Below are positions 53,802 through 64,000 of a stretch of DNA of 64,000 nt, one piece after another. The position numbers were made by a program, and so were the translations under genes. The notes beneath the pieces were generated by a model. The model was not told the DNA's origin. It worked only from the letters and a program-made list of their open reading frames with translations, and ran no database searches. This DNA is from Octopus sinensis (taxonomy: Eukaryota): the NCBI RefSeq assembly GCF_006345805.1, contig NC_042999.1, forward strand, positions 13,516,001 through 13,580,000, read 5' to 3'. Position 1 is the first letter of the stretch. Each line of letters begins with the position of its first letter.

Positions 53802-54160
53802 AAACAGCTGTCAGAGATGTGGTCATTTAAAAAAATTAATGAATAATAATTAATAAATTATTATTCATTAATTTTTTTAAATGACCACATCTCTGACAGC
53901 TGTTTCAATTGTAGACCTTCAGAAAATTAATTAATAAAATTAAAAATCATTTAAAAGTCTAATTTCGTCCGAGGTAGCTAAAGATATACAAATTAAGTGT
54001 TCAATTCCTGCATGTTGAGTATACGGCTGCAAACCATTAACTGATAACACCTAATTTTTATATCTTTAGATACCCGTGATGAGATTCGACTCTTAAATGA
54101 TTTAAAATTTTATTAATTAATTTTCTGAAGATCTAGAATTGAAACAGCTGTCAGAGATAT
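53802..54160. repeat. Nested fold-back: perfect 50-bp-arm hairpin (53802..53905, 4-nt loop) overlapping about 115-bp inverted arms (53889..54002 / 54042..54159)
   Basis: Complementarity read directly from the sequence. Confidence 0.88.
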
Positions 54161-54880
54161 TGTCAATTTTTTAGAGTAATAAATAACAATTTATTATCTT
54201 TCTATTTTCTGAAGATCTAGAATTGAAACAGCTGTCAGAGATATTGTCAATTTTTTAGAGTAATAAATAACAATTTATTATCTTTCTATTTTCTGAAGAT
54301 CTAGAATTGAAACAGCTGTCAGAGATATTGTCAATTTTTTAGAGTAATAAATAATAATTTATTATCTTCTATTTTTCTGAAGATCTAGAATTGAAACAGC
54401 TGTCAGAGATATGTCAATTTTTTAGAGTAATAAATAACATTTATTATCTTTCTATTTTCTGAAGATCTAGAATTGAAACAGCTGTCAGAGATATTGTCAA
54501 TTTTTTAGAGTAATAAATAACAATTTATTATCTTTCTATTTTCTGAAGATCTAGAATTGAAACAGCTGTCAGAGATATTGTCAATTTTTTAGAGTAATAA
54601 ATAATAATTTATTATCTTTCTATTTTCTGAAGATCTAGAATTGAAACAGCTGTCAGAGATATTGTCAATTTTTTAGAGTAATAAATAACAATTTATTATC
54701 TTTCTATTTTCTGAAGATCTAGAATTGAAACAGCTGTCAGAGATATTGTCAATTTTTTAGAGTAATAAATAACAATTTATTATCTTTCTATTTTCTGAAG
54801 ATCTAGAATTGAAACAGCTGTCAGAGATATTGTCAATTTTTTAGAGTAATAAATAATAATTTATTATCTTTCTATTTTCT
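54121..54880 (+). repeat. 84-bp tandem array x9; each unit carries a hammerhead-like core
   Basis: Unit starts 54121, 54205, 54289...; invariant ttttCTGAAGAtctagaattGAAACAGCTGTCagag followed by a variable AT-rich tail. Confidence 0.9.
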
Positions 54881-55125
54881 TATCTTATTTGAATAAATAT
54901 ATATATAAACCATGGTTTATATAGTTACCTTACAATTGAATATTAATTGTAATGATCAACATTCTTCGAATAGGTAACTAACCAGTATTTTCATTAGATT
55001 TTACTATCCCTTAATGAAGTTTGTAACCTTTATTTGAACTTTTATATATATATATAAAATGTCATAACTCTGTTTTACTTCTTTTTGTAAAAGTCCCTTG
55101 GCTACTGAGGTGAGGTCAGAAAATT

Positions 55126-55164
55126 GTTGCGCTGATGAAAGCGAGCCGGAAACACGTCCACAAC
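55126..55164 (+). ncRNA. Degenerate minimal hammerhead
   Basis: GUUGCG-CUGAUGA-(10 nt, stem II broken)-GAAA-CAC-GUC|CACAAC; stem I 5/6 bp. Confidence 0.45.
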
Positions 55165-55469
55165 CTTGCCCTTGTCTCCATATAATAAACCTGTCCTTTT
55201 CCTTACTGGAATGTCAATCTTGGGAGAATGTTTGAATCTTGGGATTATCGCTCCTTCTGAAGCGGATCAAGTCTTTACAGCCATTTGGTATTTATGATAT
55301 ATCTACGAGATGCAGAGAATTTTAATAAATCAAAAATTTATGCTGTATAGTATTTGTTATACCTGTGTATGTGTACAGGTTCGAATATACATCATGCATA
55401 TTTGAATTGGTAACACGTCTGTATTTATCCCCGCCCCAGCCCATCCAAAGTACCTTGGATCGCAGGACG

Positions 55470-55895
55470 GCCTGCTGTGCTTACCTTGGATCGTAGGGTG
55501 ACCTGCTGTGCTTGAGGAGACCTATTGAGTCAAGTACATCAACATCAAAAAATCAAATGGAAATTGTTGTGATCCCTGTGCCGGTGGCACGTAAAAAGCA
55601 CCATCCGAACATGGCCAATGCCAGCGCCGCATTGACTGGCTTCCGTGTCGGTGGCACGTAAAAAGCGCCAACCGATCGAGGCCGATGCCAGCCTCCCCTG
55701 GCACCTGTGCCGGTGCCACGTAAAAAGCACCCACTACACTCACGGAGTGGCTGGCGTTAGGGAGCGCATCCAGCAGTAGAAACACTGCCAGATCAGACTG
55801 GAGCCTGGTGCAGCCTCCTGGCTTCCCAGACCCCGGTCGAACCGTCCAATCCATGCTAGCATGGAAAACGGACGTTAAGCGATGATGATGACTGC
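55470..55895 (+). mobile_element. Short retro-type repeat with triplicated GTGCCGGTGGCACGTAAAAAGCA motif and RTE-like tail ending (GAT)n
   Basis: Motif three times; 3' end catggaaaacggacgttaagcgatgatgatga. Confidence 0.5.
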
Positions 55896-58653
55896 ATAAT
55901 GCTGTTACCTTGTATTTTATTTACAGTGAACCGCCAACTAGCGAAACCAGTCATTGCCTGATGACAGGAATATCGTTTCTTGTGTCAGTATGCAGCATCC
56001 GCCTTTCCGGTTTCTGATACCAAAGAAGAGACAACCACTCTAAATGCATGCATTTCACGGTCTGGTCAGAGGGAGCTGCGAGAATTTTTCTCCATGACAA
56101 AATACTGTGATTGACTCTTATGGGTTCGAATATGCCGAATTTAATTATTAAAATTATGAATTAGTTAACCCTTTAATATTCAAATAAGCCAGGTCACATT
56201 ACGTTGAGAGACTATAATACTATATTTGATATTGAGAGAATAGAGTGCCCCCTGTATTGTAGATACGTATTAACAATGTTTGTTCCTTCTCGAGCCATGC
56301 TTGGTTCATAAGGGTCGGTTTCCCGGTTTCCTTGGCGTATAGGTTCCCCACCTGGATGGGACGCCGGTCCGTCGCAGGTGAGCTGCAAGATGCAGGAGGA
56401 AAGAGTGAGAGAAAGTTGTGGCGAAAGAGTCAGCAGTTTGCCATAACCTTCTGCCAGAGCCGCATGGAGCTTAGGTGTTTCGCTCATAAACACACACATC
56501 GCCCGGTGTGAGATTCGAACCCATTTCCCTCGACCGCGAGTCCGCTGCTCTAACCACTAGGCCATGTGCCTCAACACGTATTAGCAATAGTTCTTTTTAA
56601 AGGGCTTGTAGCCAGGTTTTGCTGGAATATGTTTGGGTTGACTGGTAATCCTTATCTTTTATCATTCCCTTGATTTAGTCGTTAGGCTTCAATCATGCAG
56701 GGGCACTGCCTCAAAGGGGTTTAGCCGAACAGATCGACTCCAGTACATATTTCAAAGTCTGACACTAATTCTACTAGACTCATTAGCTGAACCACTCAGT
56801 TACAGTAAAGATTGTCAAGCGATAGTGGGGACAAACACAGGCACTTTGGGTGAATTTCTTCTACTACAGCCTTGGGTCGACCAAAGCCTTGTGAGTAAAT
56901 TTGGTCGACAGGAAAAGAAGCCCATCACATGAATATATATATATATATCACCGTGATCAACCAGGCTATCAGATGTTGCCACACATCGCTGGTCACAATG
57001 CGGTTCGCATTCTTTTAGCATTCAAATACGCCACCCCGCTGGCAAAGCGAGCAGACCAAGAGAAGGAGAGAAAGTTCCGGCGAAAGACAGCAGGGTTCGC
57101 CACCAACCCCTGCCAGAGCCTCGTGGAACTTTAGGTGTTTTTGATCAATAAACACTCACAATGCCCGGTCTTGGAATCAAAACCGCTGCTATTGCGCCTC
57201 CACTATATATATGTATGTGTGTGTGTGTGTGTGTTTGTATTTGTGCCTCCCCTCACCACCACCACCACCACCATCGCTTGACAACCGTGTGCGTCTCCAT
57301 AATTTAGTGGTACAGTAAAAAGATACCGATATGCTAAATATCAGGCTTAAAAATGTTTTTCTGGGCTTGTTTCATTCGACTAAAAAATTCTTCAAGGCAG
57401 TGCCCCAGCTTGGTCACAGTCTAACGAGGGAAACAAGATATATATATATATACTCTTTTACTTGTTTCAGTCATTAGACTGTGGCCATGCTGGAGCACCG
57501 CCTTTAGTCGAGCAAATCGACCCCAGGACTTATTCTTTGGAAGCCTAGTACTTATTCTATTGGTCTCTTTTGCCGAACTGCTAAGTTACGGGGACGTAAA
57601 CACACCAGCATCGGTTCTCAAGCGATGTTGGGGGGACAAACACAGACACAAAAGCATATACACACACGTACATTACATATATATTATATATATATATATA
57701 TACATACGACAGGCTTCTTTCAGTTTCCGTCTACCAAATCCACTCACAAGACTTTGGTCGACCCGAGGCTATAGTAGAAGACACTTGCCCAAGGTGCCAC
57801 ACAGTGGGACTGAACCTGGAACCATGTGGTTGGTAAGCAAGCTACTTACCACACAGCCACTCCTATATATATATATATGTGTGTGCGTGTGTGTATGTGT
57901 GTGTGTGTGTATGTGTGTGTGTGTACACAACGAGCTTCCACACAGTTTCTGTATACTATATTCACTAACAAGGCACTGGTCAAGTTTAGGCCCATAAAAG
58001 AAGACATTTGGTCAAGGTGCCATGGAGTAGAACTGAACCCAAAAACCATATGATTACAAAGCAAGCTTCTTAACCACATAACCACAACTGCACCAATAAC
58101 AAGATTTGGAATGTGAATAACAAATAAATACAAAAAACGATTTGAAATTTAAAATATTTGTATTTGAAAAAACAAAAAAATGTGGATGTGACAATGGATG
58201 AATAAATAAAATTACATAAATAGTGTTTTTTTTAATACATTTTGTTTTTGTTTTTAGAATTGGCACAACACAAAGACCCTGTATTTTAAGGAGGTGGAGG
58301 GAAATAGGGATTCCTGATATTCATGTTTTTCACAATGGGTTTAGCAACGTAAGTGAAATATAACGACTTCAACATGAATTTTGAAACAATGTCACGGTTT
58401 GGTGCTTTTTAGAGAATCTTGACTTTTGCTATGGACAAAAGTTTATGCAAATTTTGTTATTCCGTTGAAGAAGCATGCAAGAAAAACAAAGTGATTTTTT
58501 TATTGAAATGGACAAAAATCTTCATTAATTAAGATCACGTCTTTTTAAATTAATAACAATAATTAAACAAAGTCTCAAATTTCACTACATTTTTCAGTAC
58601 AAGAATTGCATGATTATCAAATGACAAAAGTATTGGTGACAATGTTAAAAATA

Positions 58654-58685
<32 letters not shown>

Positions 58686-60849
58686 GGAGGAGGAGGATGC
58701 TGATGAGAGTAGATGATAAAGATATTAGATATGATGATGATAAATGTAAGTCTATGTATTTTTTGTTTTTATTAGATGATGAAACATCTTGAATTGTTAC
58801 TCTGAGTTTCTCATTGTAAATTAATTAAATAAAATAATAATTGCTTGATTAATCAGTAACATGATACAGCAATTTATTCAAGAAGCTTCAGCCTTTAACA
58901 AAATTCACAAACTCTACTTTATGGATTGAGTACTTTTCACTTTTGTCTTCACAAACATTCACCAATATATACCATAAAACAAATAAAACAAAAGCTAAAC
59001 AACAACCAGTCTAAAATTTGATAAAGGTGAATCTTATAATTCGTTATGTTATAGGGGCAGTGCTGTAGGCTTCCTCTTCATGTAATGCTTTTAGAGCAGA
59101 TCAAGCCATGTGGAAGTATTCCATTTCAAAGCTTTACTTATTCAGGGATTTAGGTAAACATTAATCAATTTTACAGTGCTCCTACTACTTATAGGCTCAC
59201 TTGGTTGTTCAGAGAGGAAGAATTACAGAACATGTCATGGAATCTTAATTGTTAATTCTTCATCTGTTACCATGGCATCCTTGACCTATTGACTAACCCA
59301 AGCAAAACTCTCAACATTTGGCACAATGAGGGCACTGATTTGGTCATTTATCTATGAATAGAAGAAATACAGTGATGTGGCTATAACAGACACACCACAG
59401 GCAGTCATATGGCGATTAATATAGTACTAGCAGGAACCATGGAAATACCATAGCTATTTTAAGAGTTACAAGATGGAATTGTATGTTTTTTAAGCTTTCA
59501 ATTTCTGAGACCGTTTCTTTAATATTACATATGTGAACGTTTACACCATTTCAAGAATCCATAAACCATTGTTTATACTACATATCCCACTACCTGCTCT
59601 AGCCATTCAGGAATTTGGACCTGGCGATCTCCATTTCCAGCGACTTCGAGGGCCACCTCCCAGTGGTGTTGGGTGTCAACGAAGAGCCCTCAACTACAAG
59701 ACAACCAAAGTTTTTTTTTTCCCCAAGGTCTGGGGTCTCCCGCCCCTAAGCCCTAGCCCATCACCTAATCACCCTTACCCGTCTTGTTGCTTAACAACAA
59801 CAACAACACCTGCTCTAAACACATTCTATTTCTTTCTGTCTTTTCCTTCCACTGACTATATAACCACATAACATAACATAACGATCCCTTTCTCCTCGCT
59901 CTCACCACTAACACTCTTCTTGCTCTCTTTTCCAACTTTACTAAATCACCACCGCACTAAACATTCTATTTCTCTCATTTTCCTTCCCACTAACTATCCA
60001 ACTATATAACATAATAGCAATCTCTTTCCAGTCGCTAACACCTCCATTGAATCATAGAACAGATACTCAAAATGCATAGCCTAGTGTCTATGCTAGAAAC
60101 CCTTAATTGCTCAGCGTCTCCCTGTTTCAATATTTTTAATAATGGAAGGTGGTGATCAGGCAGAAACGCTAGCACACTGCGTGAAATGCTTAGCAGTATT
60201 TTGACTGTCTTTATATTCTGAGTTCAAATTCCACCGAGGTCGACTTTGCCTTTCATCCTTTCGGGGTTGATAAATTAAGTACCAGTTGCATATTGGGTTT
60301 GATCTAATCAACTGGCCCAAAATTTTGGGCCTTGTGCTTAGAGTAGAAAAGAATATTCTTAATAATGGACTGATAACAACAATTGTTTACTTGTTTCAGC
60401 CAAGCTGGGGCAACGCCTTGAAGAATTTTAGTCAAACAAATCAATCCCAGTACATATCTAATATTTTAAAGCCTGGTACTTACTTTCTAGGTCTCTTTTG
60501 CTGAACTGCTAAGTTACAGGGATGTAAACACACCAACACCGGTTGTCAAGAGGTGGTTGGGCACAAATACAGACACACACACACACACATTTATATATAA
60601 GGCATCTTTCAGTTTACATCCATCAAATCCACTCACAAGGCTTTGATCAGCCTGAGGGTATAGCAGAAGACACTGGCCCATGGTGGTATGCAGTGGGACT
60701 GAACCTGGAACTATGTGGTTGAGAAACAAAAATCTTACCATACGGAAATAGAGAACTGAGACACATTAAAAATACAGAACTGAGACAATAGTGGGGATGC
60801 AATCTCTCACTAAAATGTGTTTGCTCTACCAAAAGATATGAAGTGAGTG

Positions 60850-60883
<34 letters not shown>

Positions 60884-61679
60884 ATGGGAGGTAGGTGTCT
60901 AAGGGGCAGGATAAACAAAGATGTGATGAGACGTTCATGCCTCTCCTAAAAGAGTTAAAAATAAAAGTAAAGTAAAATAAGTTCTAAACATACCTATTTC
61001 TTTACTACCCACAAGGGGCTAAACACAGAGGGGACAAACAAGGACAGACAAAGGGATTAAGTTGATTACAGCAACCCCAGTGAGTAACTGGTACTTAATT
61101 TATCGACCCCGAAAGAATGAAAGGCAAAGTCAACCTCAGCGGAATTTGAACTCAGAACATAATGGCAGACGAAATACGGCTACGCATTTCGCCCGGCGTG
61201 CTAACGTTTCTGCCAAGTTCGCCACCTTCATAACTTCTAAACATATAATCAGTGCAACATAGTAAACTAAGTTCTTGGACAAGTTTCTCTATGAACTTCC
61301 ACAATGCTTTTTTATATTATACATATAAATATTTACGATGCTTGTTTTAAGAGATGATCATTTATAAATGAATGACATTGTTTAGAGAAATGAAATGTTG
61401 CTTTCTTTTTTAGAATTTTTCACAACAGCAAAAAAAAAAAATTTAAGACAAAAAAAAAGCAGGGAGGCAGGTGGAGAAATCGATTTTCATAATTCAAATT
61501 GTTTTGAAATAATATATAAAAAAATAATTTTATCAAAATATTTCTTATATACATCAAATGATGATGTTTACGGTGTTGCTGAAAGGTCTTTTTCCTGTAT
61601 TATTTACTTTTACTGTGACATGTAATTCTGAAACAAAAATTTTAATTTCTCTCACTCAAACACATATATATATATATAT

Positions 61680-61748
61680 ATACATGCAGACTCATAAACA
61701 TAAATTTATCTATCTATCTATACATACACACACATAAATCTCTCTCTC

Positions 61749-61782
<34 letters not shown>

Positions 61783-62506
61783 TAAATATATACACACACA
61801 TTCACATAACTACATATATATATACACATATATACATATACACATATATATATATATACATATACACATATATATATATATACATATATATATACACACA
61901 TATATATATATACATATACAATATATATAACACCACATATATATATATAGTATATACAATATATATATATATTATATATATACAAAATATATATATACAC
62001 ATATATATATATATACATAATATATAACACATATATAGATATACATATAATATATATATACATATATATATTACACACATTATATATATATATATACACA
62101 CATATATATATATATATATACACACATATATATATATATATAACCATATATATATATATATATACACATATATATATATATATACATATATATACACATA
62201 TACACATATATATATATATATACACATATATATACACACAATATATATATATATACACATATATATATATATATATATATACATATATATATACACACAT
62301 ATATATATATATACACATATATATATATATACATAATATATACATATATATATATATATACAATATATATATATACATATATATATATAACCATATATAT
62401 ATATACATATATATATACATACATATATATATATATACACATATATATATACATACACATATATATATACATACACATATATATATACATACATACATAT
62501 ATATAC

Positions 62507-62537
<31 letters not shown>

Positions 62538-62590
62538 CATATACATATATACATATATATACATACATACATACACACACACACATGTAT
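61680..62590. repeat. Long degenerate (TA)n/(CA)n tract
   Basis: Direct; source of the 301/260/168-aa spurious ORFs. Confidence 0.98.
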
Positions 62591-62859
62591 ATATAGGAGA
62601 AATTACGATAAACACAAATTTATATCATTTGTTCCCTACATATGTTTCAACATTGCTTGTTTAGAACCACAATGTATCAGAGGAGCACTTCATGAGAATT
62701 TCTCCAAGATTTACTCTGTATATCGTAACCAGCAATACTAAGTAAAGTAGTACTTTAACCACTGAACTAGAACCAGACTGGATGGTAGAACACTAAACGG
62801 AATAGAAACAGTTATACATCTAACCATACACATGATATATATATATATATATATATAAT

Positions 62860-63273
62860 ATTTCTTTACTTCCCAGAAGGGGCTAAACACAGAGGGGGCA
62901 AACAAGGACAGACAAACAGATTAAGTCGATTACATCGACCCCAGTACATAACTGGTACTTAATTTATCGACCCGAAAGGATGAAAGGCAAAGTGGACCTC
63001 AGCGGAATTTGAACTCAGAACATAACAGCAGACAAAATAGCTATTTCTTTACTACCCACAAGGGGCAAAATGCAGAGGGGATAAACAAGGACAGACAAAC
63101 GTATTAAGTCGATTATATCGACCCCAGTGCGTAACTGGTACTTAATTTATCGACCCCGAAAGGATGAAAGGCAAAGTGGACCTCGCCGGAATTTGAACTC
63201 AGAACGTAATGGCAGACAAAATACGGCTACGCATTTCTCCCGGCGTGCTAACGTTTCTGCCAGCTCACCGCCT
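62860..63273 (-). mobile_element. SINE-A dimer
   Basis: Two units with the family junction. Confidence 0.85.
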
Positions 63274-64000
63274 TAATATATATATATATACACACACGCA
63301 CATACCTACACGCTCCCTCACGTGTGTAAGGTGATTAAGGATTATCATAACCCTTCCTCACTCATCTGCCAGGATTAAGAGTGTCTGATATAGAGCTATT
63401 CTATGGCCCCATGTATACTTAGGGTTCACATATTGAACAGTAAAGACATTGCACAGTTTTAAAATTGTGAAATATAACAAAGACTTAGTGAATTATGGTA
63501 TTTTTACAATATTTCACAACAATCAGAAATATGTTCATAGCTAAAAAAAAACCCATTATTATTTAATACAATAATAAAACAAATTATTATCATATATTTA
63601 CACAGCTAAAAAAAATATTATATAATATGATGTATTTTTAGCTATAAATAAATTCTATAAATTCTAATTTTCTATTTAGAAAATATAAATACTTGTGTGC
63701 CAGTTTTCGGGTGTACTGTACTGATGGTACATAATTCACGTAAATGTAAATTTTTTTCAATTTTTACTTCGTTATTTAAAAACATGGTATGCTCTCAGGT
63801 TAGACAAAGTGTTTGCTTTACACTGAATTTTTCGAATTTAATTTGGCATTGGGTTGTCAGTTAAATTCATTTGTTTCTTTTCCTTTTCGATTTATTTAAA
63901 TTCTTTCCGATGTTATTTGAATTAACATGAAAAATATTTTTATCAGTATTATAGGGAGTTTTTTTGTAGCACTGTTCTCTTTCCATAAATTTTGTTTGCT

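Noticed and set aside
54121-54880. CRISPR-like appearance of the regular repeat
   Set aside because: No unique spacers, eukaryotic context, no cas genes
55935-55975. Permuted hammerhead (GAAACCAGUC ... CUGAUGA)
   Set aside because: Stem I and stem II do not pair
59533-59871. 112-aa ORF and GC-richer patch
   Set aside because: Low-complexity end, no recognisable motif; probably decayed TE, unclassifiable by eye

Overview
AT-rich, microsatellite- and SINE-dense animal genomic DNA. The tRNA-derived SINE families and (TA)n/(TACA)n load are consistent with octopus/coleoid cephalopod (inference). One spliced protein-coding gene on + is reconstructable by hand from 11 GT-AG exons (4487..28549, 3507 nt, about 1168 aa, 5' end upstream of the window). 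It is a long coiled-coil protein with a SOGA/MTCL-like motif, a 24-nt microexon, a Ser/Thr-rich tail and a C-terminal ETPV PDZ-binding motif. The rest is transposon-derived: Penelope-like (PLE) GIY-YIG, R4/Dong-like RLE, RTE and CR1/L2-like LINE fragments, a deleted mariner (falsely duplicated across a 100-N gap), MITEs and four SINE families. The main unexpected signal is about 20 minimal type-I hammerhead-ribozyme (HHR) motifs at PLE-type ends. They recur as outward-facing pairs in fold-back elements, one family has a tRNA-like Pol III head, and nine copies form a tandem 84-bp array. All ribozyme calls are manual motif and pairing matches; activity is untested. Most ORFs in the supplied track are microsatellite or repeat artefacts.
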